Below the pieces are notes generated by a model. It had not been told where the DNA came from. It did not search any database and worked only from the letters and a program-made list of their open reading frames with translations. A DNA stretch of 64,000 bases from a virus, in the IMG/VR virus record IMGVR_UViG_3300049979_000188, one strand, 5' to 3'. This document shows, one piece after another, positions 36,729-47,249 of this stretch. The translations under genes and the position numbers were made by a program. Within the stretch, counting starts at the first letter, position 1, and every line of letters starts with the position of its first letter.

Positions 36729-36857
36729 TGTTCAGGTAACAGCGCTACTGTCAAGGAGGTACTAAGGAAAAGTAAATTTATTTTCGCTTTTTCCGTAACC
36801 TTTGTAACGCTGGGCCGTTAAAGACCTCAGAAACCAACCAACCCCCCACTACCACGT

Positions 36858-37943
36858 ATGAACCAGTCTCCCCTGCACCAGGTAAAGGCCAGCATTTTTA
36901 CGCCCAAGGGCGTACTTGCCACCGACAACTTCCCCTACGACGAGGCTACCTACGGGGCCGTTGGCACGGACTCGGCCGAGTTGATTCAACTCTTCCACGC
37001 CCCGGCCGCTAACCCCATGCGCCAGTACCTGCACGTGGCCGTGCTCGACGGGGCCACGAAGGAAATACTGTCCGAGATTGGCGAGCTGCCGGCCGTAAAG
37101 CGTGACCGTGCCGGTAACATTAAGCCCGGCTACGGGCGTATTTCCCCCCACTTGGTGGGCATGACCGATACGCCCGGCTTTAAGCGGAACCTCAGTGCCG
37201 AGGTACGCCGTCACACCCGTGACTTGACGGGCAAGGAGCTCAAGTACTTCCTGCAAGGGGTACTGATTAAGGGTACCTTCGACCGCGACCTTATGCAGCA
37301 GGTGATTGTGGACGCTATTCTCTACTATGCCCAGCCCGGCAAGGAAGTACTGGCCATTGAGGAAGGGGGCAAGCAAATGAGCTACTACCTGGGCATCAAG
37401 GCCAATAACATCTACGTGGACTACAAGCGTCACCAGAACGCCTACAAGCGCGGCAGTGGCAACGTGGTGAGCATCGACGCGCTGGCCGAGCGCGTAGAGG
37501 GGGCCACCGACGTGCTCGGTTTTCTGGCCGGGTCGGATTCAGCCGACATGCTCGACCTGGATGCACAGGTACTACGCCAGGCTATCTTCGGCGTGCTGGC
37601 TGATAAGCCCGACAAGCTGCGGCTTTTTGAGCTGCACCTGGAAGGGCTGAGCCCGGCGCAGATTACCGTGGCCCTGGGCTGGGGTGAGGCGGACGAGAAC
37701 GGCAAGGTAGACAGCGGCCGCGCCCGCAAGTCGCTGCTGGATACACTCACCCTGCTTAAAAAGCGTCTACCGGCCCTGGCTGGGCAGCGTCCCCGGGCCA
37801 GCGCGCAGTGGGGCGAAGGTAGCGGCGAGAGTCGGGCCACGCGTCACCTGAGCAGCGCCGACTGCGAGATGGCCGCCCTGGCCCTGGAAGGGCCGGTGAG
37901 CTTCCGCGAGCGCAAACGCCTCAAAGTAGGGGCCGCCGTTTAA
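36858..37943 (+). CDS. ECF-like sigma-70 family sigma factor with N- and C-terminal extensions
   Basis: Region-2-like DLMQQVIVDAILYY...SYYLGIKANNIYVDYKR; region-4-like LRQAIFGVLADKPDKLRLFELHLEGLSPAQITVALGW...GRARKSLLDTLTLLKKRL. Confidence 0.75.
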   Translation: MNQSPLHQVKASIFTPKGVLATDNFPYDEATYGAVGTDSAELIQLFHAPAANPMRQYLHVAVLDGATKEILSEIGELPAVKRDRAGNIKPGYGRISPHLVGMTDTPGFKRNLSAEVRRHTRDLTGKELKYFLQGVLIKGTFDRDLMQQVIVDAILYYAQPGKEVLAIEEGGKQMSYYLGIKANNIYVDYKRHQNAYKRGSGNVVSIDALAERVEGATDVLGFLAGSDSADMLDLDAQVLRQAIFGVLADKPDKLRLFELHLEGLSPAQITVALGWGEADENGKVDSGRARKSLLDTLTLLKKRLPALAGQRPRASAQWGEGSGESRATRHLSSADCEMAALALEGPVSFRERKRLKVGAAV

Positions 37944-38067
37944 CTTACGAAAAACCCTGGCTCAAAAAAAGTCAGGGTTTTTTACGCCTCAGCGTAACCT
38001 TTCCTCCGGGCTGGGCGTAAAAGGACATGTAAGCGGCAACGGAGCGGCTTACCTTACTCCTGCTGCA

Positions 38068-38406
38068 ATGGCTAAAGCTGCACAACCTAAATTTTTCACG
38101 CGTAGGGCGGCTGTCAACCCGGGCTTGCCTACTGCTAAACGCCACGTAGACTACCTGGTTAAAGCCGCCACTCAGGCACGGGCACTGGCCTTACTGGAGC
38201 TGGTTAAAGTCCCTGGGCGCGGGCATAGTCTATATTATACCAACGCCCGTGAGTTTCGACTCTACTGGGTTACGCGCTCGACTGCGGAGGCCGATGCATC
38301 CATGCTTGAGTTGAGCTGTGATGCGCTCGAAGGTATCTGGTGGAAGCCGGATATGGACCCGGACAGTGAGTATGTGTGCCTGTGGTATACTCCCATTACG
38401 GAATAA
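38068..38406 (+). CDS. Cassette hypothetical protein
   Basis: ORF directly after promoter plus hairpin. Confidence 0.75.
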   Translation: MAKAAQPKFFTRRAAVNPGLPTAKRHVDYLVKAATQARALALLELVKVPGRGHSLYYTNAREFRLYWVTRSTAEADASMLELSCDALEGIWWKPDMDPDSEYVCLWYTPITE

Positions 38407-38425
38407 ACATCCTTCGCTTACTCTT

Positions 38426-38944
38426 ATGCAAGACCCGAATTTTCAAACCCACACACTGGCTGATAATAATCAAACCCTGGGCGCGCTGCGTAAGCTGCTC
38501 AATGAGCTAGCTGAGAAAGACCCATCCCTGGATGAGCTTAAGCTATGGCAAGGGACGGACTCGGGTGAGGGCTACCTGCGCCTGTGTACGGTTACGGTGG
38601 CCAACGCCCGCCACGTAGACTACGACGGCGACGATGCCGATGATGAAATGTTCTGCGTAGAGCCCGACGAGGAAGGACACCGGGAGGCTGATATGGGGCC
38701 TGGCTACGTACACCGAGAGCTTGACCGCCAGGGGAACCTTAACGGTTATAAGAACGTGCTGGTGCTCGGCGACCACCGCACCCCGCTTGACATTGCGCAG
38801 GCAATCACCAGCGAGCAGGAACGCCTGGCGAAACAAGCAGCTGAAAAAGAAGCGAAGGCCAAACGTGAGGCGCTTAAAAACGACCCCGAGTACCAACGCC
38901 TGCAAAAAGAGGCCAAGGAAGCACGTAAAAAATATGGTCTGTAA
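38426..38944 (+). CDS. Hypothetical protein with C-terminal coiled coil
   Basis: Start moved to MQDPNF. Confidence 0.7.
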   Translation: MQDPNFQTHTLADNNQTLGALRKLLNELAEKDPSLDELKLWQGTDSGEGYLRLCTVTVANARHVDYDGDDADDEMFCVEPDEEGHREADMGPGYVHRELDRQGNLNGYKNVLVLGDHRTPLDIAQAITSEQERLAKQAAEKEAKAKREALKNDPEYQRLQKEAKEARKKYGL

Positions 38945-39003
38945 GTGTAACCTTTTCCCAGGGACCTGCGTAAAAGAACTCAGAAACCAACCTCCCCTTT
39001 CTC

Positions 39004-39396
39004 ATGGCCAAGCACCTGGAACCCGTCCCCTACGAATCGTTAATCGGCAAACGCGTGCGCGTCTACCGCAACCTGCACAACTACGGCGGGGAGCACAAGG
39101 TCTTGTACTCGGTGCAGCACAAAGGGCTCGTGATTGCCCACGTACCGCAAATTACCCTGGATGAGGTGAGCTTCTCAGTGCAGCCCGCTGGCCAGGCCAA
39201 GGTACGCCAAACCAAACGCAAGCAGGTCCACGCCTTTGTCAACGGAGTCGTGGCGGCACCCGGTCACGCCCTGGTGCGCAAGGTGAGCTACAACCCGTAT
39301 CAGACCGATACCTTCGTGCTGGCCGGGCCGCTGGGCCAGGTGCCCGTGCTCGCGGCCGGGCGCATCAACATTACCCAGGTCGGGCTTTTTATTTAA
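39004..39396 (+). CDS. Conserved phage hypothetical protein
   Basis: RVRVYRNLH...F.VQPAGQAKVRQTKRKQVHAFV motif recurrent in phages. Confidence 0.75.
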   Translation: MAKHLEPVPYESLIGKRVRVYRNLHNYGGEHKVLYSVQHKGLVIAHVPQITLDEVSFSVQPAGQAKVRQTKRKQVHAFVNGVVAAPGHALVRKVSYNPYQTDTFVLAGPLGQVPVLAAGRINITQVGLFI

Positions 39397-39487
39397 AAAA
39401 AGATTGCCCCGGCGTGTAACCTTACCGCCGGGGCCTGCGTAAAAGAACCATCAACGGCAACGGAGCCGGGTCTCAGCTACTTTCTTC

Positions 39488-40387
39488 ATGTCTACTACCA
39501 CGCAGCTTAAGCAGCTACAAGCTGAAATTGCGCTCTTACAAAATGTGCGTAACTCGACTGAATACGTAGCATTAGAAGCAGAAATCCAGCAGCTACAAGG
39601 CCGCCTAAGGCAGGCAAAGCAGAATTACCAGGCAAGCGTAGCCGATGAAATTGCGGCCAAGGAATCGGACATTAAGGCCCTTAAGATGCAGCAGCTTCGG
39701 GAAACCAATCCGGCTTTCCAATACTCCATACCGCTATTAAGTTGGTTTAACCGGTGGGGACGTGGCATAGATTGGGGTCAGGGTGGGGTTCGCCTGCGCT
39801 GGGTATCCCCGAATCAAAACTGGGTGATTATCACCGCAGGTGGCGGTACGGCTGGACAAGGCACCCCAATGGGTACGGGTGCCTACTACTATGCGGCGGC
39901 GACGCACTATCTTTACCGGGTAGTAGATGGAGCTACGCACATGAACTCCACGTCCAAATATCAGTTTTCCTTTGAGGGGCGGTTACTCAAGGCTACGAAA
40001 GAGGAATGGATAGCCTTTGCCCTCATCCAGGACGAGGGTTGCCCCTTCACGGAGAACCTGGACCGTTCAACACATGGCGGCTACCGGGTTGGAGACTACG
40101 TCTTTAACGAGATGCGTAGAACCTACGGTTTCATTTGGGAGCTGAATAACTACCAACATAAGCCCACGGTTAGCTTCCGCGATGACCCATATTATAACCG
40201 TCCTATCGGCTACCCACTGGAACGAGTTGAAACGGTCCTACGCCTGGCTAAGCGCGTAGAGGAAATGGACTATCAAGGGATGTTTGACCTCGTCTCACCC
40301 GATGACAACCCGGCTAACCAGGCGCTGCGAGAAGTCCCCCCGACCTCTCCCCTACCCGACAAGAGCCTGGAAGGGTTTTTACTATAA
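39488..40387 (+). CDS. Cassette hypothetical protein
   Basis: 299 aa, N-terminal coiled coil. Confidence 0.75.
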   Translation: MSTTTQLKQLQAEIALLQNVRNSTEYVALEAEIQQLQGRLRQAKQNYQASVADEIAAKESDIKALKMQQLRETNPAFQYSIPLLSWFNRWGRGIDWGQGGVRLRWVSPNQNWVIITAGGGTAGQGTPMGTGAYYYAAATHYLYRVVDGATHMNSTSKYQFSFEGRLLKATKEEWIAFALIQDEGCPFTENLDRSTHGGYRVGDYVFNEMRRTYGFIWELNNYQHKPTVSFRDDPYYNRPIGYPLERVETVLRLAKRVEEMDYQGMFDLVSPDDNPANQALREVPPTSPLPDKSLEGFLL

Positions 40388-40485
40388 GGAGCAAAAGAAT
40401 TTTTATTTTTACGTAACCTTTCCCGCCAGCCCGGCGTAAAAGGACCAGCAACGGCAACGGAGCCGGGGCTTAACCAACCAGTATC

Positions 40486-41274
40486 ATGCGTACGATTGAA
40501 GAGGCAATTGCCAACCTGCTAAAAGAGAATACGGGTAGCCCAATGGGTGACCATGCTGGCTACGCGGGCGGGCGACACTGGGAGAAAAACCAGGGTCGTA
40601 ACTTTGCCTCGCAGCCCAGCTTTGTGGTGGAGGGCTACACCCGTGGGGAAACGGACGAGGCAGGCTGGGCACCCATTCAAAACAGTGACCTGGGCTTTAC
40701 CATCAATGTCTATCACTACTTGGTTAGCCGGCTGCGGGTGACTTCGGAAAGTGAAAACGAAAATGCCCTGCTGCAAACCCTGCTGCAAGCGGACCCCGAC
40801 GACTTGTACGAAATCGGCTACATGCAGCAGTTTGCCACCAGCCGCAACACGGATACGGATAACTACTGCATCTGGCTGAGCCCGCTCAACACCTACAACG
40901 GCGAGTGCCTGCTGAGCCAGACGCTGCAATTCAGCATCTACGACCACGAGGGCACCAGCTTTATCGTGCTACAAATCCACGGCGGGGCCGACGTGCGCGG
41001 TGGCTATACCACGCCCCAGGTATTCGAGATTGCCAATGACGAGCGCGATGGGTTCGTGACGGGCTATATCGGCGTAGACGCTACGGCTCAGGTAGACGGC
41101 GAAACCGTACGCTGGAACTCGGAGAGCGGCTACGGCGGCTCGTTTAGGGCCGTAGACGACTCGGACGACGTGGAGGTACCCGAACTGGAACTTGAATGGC
41201 ACGCCGAAACCAACACCTTCCGCCTGGCCCAAACCCACGAGGCCGTAAGCTTCTACCCCGAGTATAGCCTCTAA
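40486..41274 (+). CDS. Cassette hypothetical protein
   Basis: 262 aa; IHGGADVRGGYT motif. Confidence 0.75.
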   Translation: MRTIEEAIANLLKENTGSPMGDHAGYAGGRHWEKNQGRNFASQPSFVVEGYTRGETDEAGWAPIQNSDLGFTINVYHYLVSRLRVTSESENENALLQTLLQADPDDLYEIGYMQQFATSRNTDTDNYCIWLSPLNTYNGECLLSQTLQFSIYDHEGTSFIVLQIHGGADVRGGYTTPQVFEIANDERDGFVTGYIGVDATAQVDGETVRWNSESGYGGSFRAVDDSDDVEVPELELEWHAETNTFRLAQTHEAVSFYPEYSL

Positions 41275-41400
41275 GCTACTAAAAAACCCTGACCCTAAAA
41301 AAGTCAGGGTTTTTTTCTATGAAGATGTAACCTTTCCCAGGGCTCTGCGTAAAAGGACATGTAAGCAGCAACGGAGCTGCTCACGCTAAAGACCCTTACC

Positions 41401-41928
41401 ATGTCTCACATCATTCGCTACCGCATTAGCCCGGCCCACTTGCTAGCTGAACAAGCTTATAGCGCCACCTACCAAGGCAGACAACATGAACTGGCTACTG
41501 AAGTAAACCCGGCTTACCCACTGCTGGCTATTGGCTCGGGGGATACACCCGAGGATGCATACCAGTCGGCAGTTGGCCAAATCGACGGCATGGAGGATGC
41601 CCAAGGCGAGCATTTTGCTTATTCAAAACTACCCAAAGCTGGGCCTAAACGTATCGTAGGTAAAAACGAACTGCTGTCTCCCGAAGAAGCCGTAGCAACG
41701 CAATATTTTGTCTTGATTCGTTTCGCCTTGAGTGGGGGTGACGAAACGGAAAAGTCATATACGGTTAAGGTGCGCTTGACTGGGGGTCGTTGGAGCCGGT
41801 TTGCCTGGCGCATTGCTAAAGAAAAGGTAGAGGATGCGCTGGCGCATTTACGTAAGACGCTCGGACCCCACGAGACGAAGGTGCTCGAAATAAAAGGCCC
41901 CGTGCTTGAACGTCCTACGTGGTACTAA
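41401..41928 (+). CDS. Cassette hypothetical protein
   Basis: 175 aa after cassette. Confidence 0.75.
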   Translation: MSHIIRYRISPAHLLAEQAYSATYQGRQHELATEVNPAYPLLAIGSGDTPEDAYQSAVGQIDGMEDAQGEHFAYSKLPKAGPKRIVGKNELLSPEEAVATQYFVLIRFALSGGDETEKSYTVKVRLTGGRWSRFAWRIAKEKVEDALAHLRKTLGPHETKVLEIKGPVLERPTWY

Positions 41929-42019
41929 TTTTTTTCACTTGAAACGTAACCTTTCTCCCAGCTCCGCGTAAAAGGACATGTAAAGCGCAACGGAGCACTT
42001 TACGCTAACGACCCCTACC

Positions 42020-42784
42020 ATGAAAAGCATTGAGAAGTACAAGTTCAGTGGCCTGACCATCAAAATCAAACAGGACACGGACCCCAGCAACCCGCGCAAA
42101 GAGTTTGACAACGTGGGCACACTGGTATGCTGGCACCGCAATTATGAGCTGGGCGACGAGCCCGAGTTTGGTGGGGGCCGCCGGGGTTTGCCGAGCCTGG
42201 ACGCGGGTGAGTACCGCCTGGCGATGGCCGAAGTATACGACCCCGGCATTAGCGACTGGACGGATACGGCCATGAGCCGGTTGTGGGATAAAGCCCAGGC
42301 CGCTTCGAGCAGCAGCATTGGCGTGCTCACCGATGCCGAAATGCGGGCATACGAGCTAGCGGAGTTGGAACTGCGCCAGCGGGTAGGGGAGCGGGTGCAG
42401 CGCGTACTGGATACGCACTACATCGTGCTGCCGGTCTACCTCTACGACCATTCCGGCCTGGCCATGCGGGTAGCTGACTTTGGGGACCGTTGGGACTCGG
42501 GCCAGGTGGGCTTTATCTACTGCACCCGTGAGAAGGCCCTGCGCGAATGGGGCAACGGCGGGCTGGTGCTGAGTAAGAAACGCCGCCAGCAAGCCGTTAC
42601 CTACCTGACGGGGGAAATCGAGACGTACCACGAGTACCTCAGCGGGCAGGTATACGGCTACGAAATCAAGCGCAAGGGCGAAGGCGTGATTGACTCGTGC
42701 TGGGGCTTCTACGGCGGGGTAGACTACGTGAAAACCGAAGCCGAAGCAGCGGCTGCCTGCCTGGTAGAAACCGTTGAAGCATAA
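42020..42784 (+). CDS. Conserved phage/mobile-element hypothetical protein
   Basis: LPVYLYDHSG...WDSGQVGFIY...YLSGQVYGY...DSCWGFYG. Confidence 0.8.
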   Translation: MKSIEKYKFSGLTIKIKQDTDPSNPRKEFDNVGTLVCWHRNYELGDEPEFGGGRRGLPSLDAGEYRLAMAEVYDPGISDWTDTAMSRLWDKAQAASSSSIGVLTDAEMRAYELAELELRQRVGERVQRVLDTHYIVLPVYLYDHSGLAMRVADFGDRWDSGQVGFIYCTREKALREWGNGGLVLSKKRRQQAVTYLTGEIETYHEYLSGQVYGYEIKRKGEGVIDSCWGFYGGVDYVKTEAEAAAACLVETVEA

Positions 42785-42890
42785 GGGCAATGGACCCCGC
42801 CCTAACCAGCGGGGTCTTTTTTTTGTTATTTTGTAACCTTTTCCCAGGGCTCGCCGTAAAAGGACTATCAACCAACTACTCACCCCTACC

Positions 42891-43349
42891 ATGCAAGTAA
42901 CTACCACCGCCACACTGTGTGTCTTTCGTGATGCCCGAGGTAACGTGCAGACCCGTGTACTAGCTGACTTCTACGACAACATCTGCCTAGATGGCTACGA
43001 TGCCCAAGGTGTCCGCCAGTCGTATGACGACGAGGCCCGCCACATTGGGGAATGGCTTGAAAAGCACCCCAGCCTGAACTACAAGAGCCAGGAGATAGCC
43101 GTTGTGGCCGACGTGAAGCTGCCCCGTCGGTTTGCCGATGGGGCCCTGGTGCAGCACCACGGGCTGGACGTGACGGTGATAAACTACCAAGAGGAAGCGG
43201 AGCAGTACGTGGTGGAAGTACCCGCTTATGAGGTATTCGATTTTACGGTAAAACTCAAGAACGGTCAGCCGCGCCCGGTACTGCGCGTGGAGCCAGCCAG
43301 TCAATACAAAGCACCCGAGGCCGAGCTTAACTACCCTGAAAAATACTAG
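42891..43349 (+). CDS. Cassette hypothetical protein
   Basis: 152 aa. Confidence 0.75.
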   Translation: MQVTTTATLCVFRDARGNVQTRVLADFYDNICLDGYDAQGVRQSYDDEARHIGEWLEKHPSLNYKSQEIAVVADVKLPRRFADGALVQHHGLDVTVINYQEEAEQYVVEVPAYEVFDFTVKLKNGQPRPVLRVEPASQYKAPEAELNYPEKY

Positions 43350-43441
43350 TAAAATTACGGCGAGCCTTGTAACCTTTCCCCAGGGCTCGCCGTAAAAGGA
43401 CTATCAACGGCAACGGAGCCGCTTAACTAACCCCCGCTAGT

Positions 43442-44266
43442 ATGTACACCATCCAGCAACTCACCCTCGACCAGCAAAGCCAGGCCGGTGGGCGTCAAGT
43501 ACGCGTCACCTTTGCCAACGGCCAGACCTATACCGTAGCCGATGCGGGCGGGGACTACTGCTTCCAGAACCTAGCGTACTCGCTCACGGCCGAGACGCTC
43601 AACGAGAACACGGCCTTGCGCGAGGCCCTTACGGCCGTGGGTGAGTTTTACCGCTTCTGGCTCAGCGGCAACGAGGACCCGATGGTGCTCATGCTGCGCA
43701 AGGATACCCCGGTGCTGCACGAGCTCTACGAAAGCGAGGAAACGAATAACACGCCGGAGCAAGCGGCGGACCCTGCGCCTGGCAAAGACTATCCGTACGC
43801 CCTGGCTTGTTCTATCTTCACCACGCATAAAGACCCTGATTTGGTGGAGCGGGCACTCATTTACGAAGATGATGCGGTAGCCTTATTACGCGCAATCCGC
43901 CAGGCCGGGCTCTCGGATGCGCTTCCCGTCATCCTTGGCACGGGGGCTGAGTCGATTGAGCTAAGCATGAATGAGAAAGGGTTCTACTTCCTGACCCAAG
44001 TAGATACTACGCCTGATTCGGAGGACAAGCTTTACGCCGATGTACGGCGCTTTTGGCTGCGCCGCAAGACCGAGCCCGTGCAAGACGTGATAACGCTGGA
44101 AATTGGCGAATTTGCCGCCCTGGTGAACCGCATTAGCAAACTACGTGGCACACGCTCGTATCACCCCGGTGAAGATATTGAGCTTCCCATTGCGGGCGTC
44201 TTCCTAGTCAAGCGCGAGCACGCGGTAAACACCAAGCCCAAGCTCTACCGCACCGGCTTGATTTAA
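43442..44266 (+). CDS. Cassette hypothetical protein
   Basis: 274 aa. Confidence 0.75.
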   Translation: MYTIQQLTLDQQSQAGGRQVRVTFANGQTYTVADAGGDYCFQNLAYSLTAETLNENTALREALTAVGEFYRFWLSGNEDPMVLMLRKDTPVLHELYESEETNNTPEQAADPAPGKDYPYALACSIFTTHKDPDLVERALIYEDDAVALLRAIRQAGLSDALPVILGTGAESIELSMNEKGFYFLTQVDTTPDSEDKLYADVRRFWLRRKTEPVQDVITLEIGEFAALVNRISKLRGTRSYHPGEDIELPIAGVFLVKREHAVNTKPKLYRTGLI

Positions 44267-44390
44267 GTAGTGAAACCCTGACTCCTAAAAAAAGTCAGGG
44301 TTTTTTTCTGTAAAGTTGTAACCTTCTCCCCGAGCCTGTCGTAAAAGGACATGTAAAGCGCAACGGAGCACTTTACTAACCCTAAGCGGT

Positions 44391-44900
44391 ATGTTTAACG
44401 TTAGAACCACCACCCTGGCCAAGCGCACCCGTAATGTACTGGCCCACCTGCCGGGCTACCAGCGCCGCCAGCGCTTCGACATTACGCTGGACCTGCACCA
44501 AATCGGTGAGCAGTCCCCCTACTTCTCGGCCACGGTGAGCGGCCGCTCCTTCGGGGGCTGCAACCACGAGCTCATCCTCCGGCACTGGCCCCAGGCTAAA
44601 TGCATCGTGGACCTGCACTTGTGCGACATGGACGGGGCACCCATGCACACGGAGGCCAACGCCCTCTACCACGCCCAGGCCTACCTCCACCAGCAAAAGG
44701 CCCATTACCCAGCCGCCAAGGGGCTCGACTACCTGGCTTCGCACCTACGCATCAGCCAGGACCAGGCCCTGGACCTACTGGCTGACCTGGTAGACAAAAC
44801 CCCCGACGTGCAGGCCCTGCTCATGAAGGCCTTTTGCGACCAGCAGCGCCCCCGCTGGCAGCAGGAGGCTGACCAGGCCCTGGCCTTCCTCAACGCCTAA
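44391..44900 (+). CDS. Conserved phage hypothetical protein
   Basis: PYFSAT...GGCNHE.I..HWP....VDLHLCD.DGAPMH..ANALYH. Confidence 0.75.
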   Translation: MFNVRTTTLAKRTRNVLAHLPGYQRRQRFDITLDLHQIGEQSPYFSATVSGRSFGGCNHELILRHWPQAKCIVDLHLCDMDGAPMHTEANALYHAQAYLHQQKAHYPAAKGLDYLASHLRISQDQALDLLADLVDKTPDVQALLMKAFCDQQRPRWQQEADQALAFLNA

Positions 44901-45001
44901 ATCAAGTGCCCAGGCGTAAAAAACCTGGGCTTTTTTTCCCAAAAACCCTAACCTTTTCGCCGAGACGGGCGTAAAAGGACTCAGAAACCAACCACACCCC
45001 C

Positions 45002-45415
45002 ATGTCAACGCTCACTTCCCTGGCCCCGGCGGCGGCCCTGCCGCAACCGCCGCTTACCGACCACGCCTTTGCCACGCCCCACGGGCAGCTGCTGCGCGCG
45101 CTGCGTCCCTTTCTGCGCCGCACGAGTCTGCCCTTGCTCGGGGCGGCCCAGCACCTGGCCCGGCCCTTAACTGCCCAGGTGCTCATGCCCGGCCAGGTGG
45201 GCATTTCGCTCGACGGTCGGCGCGTAAGCTTGCCCATTGGCACCCAGCTGCTGGCCACCAGCATCGCCCCCACGACGGGCTACACCCGCGTCGTAGCCAC
45301 GGAGCCAGCTAGCACCCGGCCCCTGTTTGTGAGCGCCGACGTGTTGCAAGCCTCGTACGACGAGGAAGGGGCCAGCCTGCTGGAACAAGTACTCACCCGT
45401 TTACCCATCTGCTAG
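45002..45415 (+). CDS. Cassette hypothetical protein
   Basis: 137 aa. Confidence 0.7.
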   Translation: MSTLTSLAPAAALPQPPLTDHAFATPHGQLLRALRPFLRRTSLPLLGAAQHLARPLTAQVLMPGQVGISLDGRRVSLPIGTQLLATSIAPTTGYTRVVATEPASTRPLFVSADVLQASYDEEGASLLEQVLTRLPIC

Positions 45416-45418
45416 GTT

Positions 45419-45796
45419 ATGGCTACTACTGCAAGCACGCTCGTCCGCCTGCGTACGCTGGCTGAGCTCGTCGAGGACCAGCTCGCCTTCACCCCCAACA
45501 CCCGGCTCGACTACTACCACCAGGCCCCGCAGCTACGGGTCTACTACGGGGTTACCCCCGTGGTCACGCTGCGCGCCGATGGCCAGCTAACCGTGACCAA
45601 CGGCGGCGACTTTAGTACTGACTGCCGCGACTTCATCAACGAGCTGCTCACCCTGCTGGGGCGGCCCGAGCGTTTCCAGGACGGACGCGAACGCGGCTGG
45701 CCTATCCTCCACGGCCCGCACCAGGGTCCGTGCGCGCTGAGCATCAGCCGCCAGGGGCAGCTGCAAATCAAGCACACCTGGCCGGCCTTAAGTTAA
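45419..45796 (+). CDS. Hypothetical protein
   Basis: 125 aa, second gene of cassette. Confidence 0.7.
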   Translation: MATTASTLVRLRTLAELVEDQLAFTPNTRLDYYHQAPQLRVYYGVTPVVTLRADGQLTVTNGGDFSTDCRDFINELLTLLGRPERFQDGRERGWPILHGPHQGPCALSISRQGQLQIKHTWPALS

Positions 45797-45891
45797 CCCA
45801 AAAAAGTTTGCCTACTACCGTAACCCTTTCTAAGGGCTCGGCGTAAAAGGACCAGTAACGGCAACGGAGCCGCTACTAAAAACCAACCAGT

Positions 45892-46482
45892 ATGAACCAC
45901 GAAGTAAATGAAGCCGCCAAGCGTATCATCGGCAACGAGGTATTTTTGAACCTGACCGGCATGGTCTCGGCCCTGCTCGGGGATGGCCAGGAGCAAATCG
46001 ACGTCTATGAGTTCGCCAACTACCGCCTGGACCCCGACAAGCTCACGCTGAGCAAAATGAAGGAACTGCTCGACGAGCAGGCGGAGAGCGGCTACGCCCG
46101 GGGCTTCGACTTCAACCCCTGGGTCATGAACCAGGACGAGCTGCGCGCCTGGGTCGAGGCGGAGGTGGGTGAAGTAGCGCTTGACGAAACCAAGGAGGCC
46201 CTGCTGGCAGCGGTAGTGGCCGAAATGGACCAGTTTGGTGATAACTACGAAAACGAGCTCCAAGGCTGGAAAAACGCCGTGAGTGAGTTGCCCGATGCCG
46301 AGGTCTATGAGTGGTGGGCCGTCTCGTCGTTCCTGGCCCGTGAGCTCGAAGAGGCAGGCGAAGTAGTCGGCGAGGCCTTCGGGGTCTTCCTCTTCGGCCG
46401 CCAGGGCACAGGCCAGGCCCTGTACCTGGATTCGACCTTCCAGGAGCTCGGCAAGGCCCGCGTAGGTGCCCAAAACGCATAA
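45892..46482 (+). CDS. Conserved phage hypothetical protein
   Basis: EVYEWWAVS.FLARELE..GE....FGRQGTGQALYLD. Confidence 0.75.
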   Translation: MNHEVNEAAKRIIGNEVFLNLTGMVSALLGDGQEQIDVYEFANYRLDPDKLTLSKMKELLDEQAESGYARGFDFNPWVMNQDELRAWVEAEVGEVALDETKEALLAAVVAEMDQFGDNYENELQGWKNAVSELPDAEVYEWWAVSSFLARELEEAGEVVGEAFGVFLFGRQGTGQALYLDSTFQELGKARVGAQNA

Positions 46483-46681
46483 TTCACCCGCTTTTCCCTT
46501 TACTACATGAAGTTCGCCCGAATCCGCGCTACCCGCACTACCAAGATTAAACGCTAAGCATTCCAGACCCTGACTCGTAAAAAAGTCAGGGTTTTTTTTG
46601 TGTTTGAACGTAACCTTTTTACGATACCTGCGTAAAAGGACGTGTGCTGCGCAACGGAGCCCAGCCAGTAACTTACGCGCC

Positions 46682-47158
46682 GTGGATATTTTTCAGACCA
46701 TTACCCCCGAGCGGGGCATCGTCAACCACACCCGGTTTGGTGGGCAGTTGCAAGCCTACTGCCAACTCGATAAAATGGTAGAAGTTTTACCTGAGTACGG
46801 CTTTATGGACGGGGGCTGCCTTTCCTTGGCCCTGGCCTTACAAGCGCTCATCCCCGGGAGCCAGATTTGCTTTGTCTGCACCCTGGCCATGCCGCAGCAC
46901 GCAGTTTTGCGTTTACCGGCTCCCTTGCATCGGGAGGCCCTTTACCTGGATGCTGACGGCCTGGCCAACGGTCCGGAGCTCTGCGAGAAAATGCGCACCG
47001 TGGAAAACCTGCGCGGCCGCGTATTCGTGGCCGAGCTCGACTGGCGCGAGGTTATTCCCAGCGGCATCTGCGACGGGGATAACGCCTCGGTAAAGCTACG
47101 GGAGGTGCTGCGCCCGCTGCTTACCCGCAACCCCTGTTCCCCGGCCTGGCTCGCCTAA
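46682..47158 (+). CDS. Cassette hypothetical protein (GGC...H...D motif)
   Basis: DGGCLSLALAL...QHAVL...YLDADG; GTG start after hairpin. Confidence 0.65.
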   Translation: MDIFQTITPERGIVNHTRFGGQLQAYCQLDKMVEVLPEYGFMDGGCLSLALALQALIPGSQICFVCTLAMPQHAVLRLPAPLHREALYLDADGLANGPELCEKMRTVENLRGRVFVAELDWREVIPSGICDGDNASVKLREVLRPLLTRNPCSPAWLA

Positions 47159-47249
47159 TTTTTTTTCGTAAGAACGTAACCTTTTCCCCAAGTCCGGCGT
47201 AAAAAGACGCATACCAGGCAACGGAGCCTGATTACTAACTTCACCTAAC

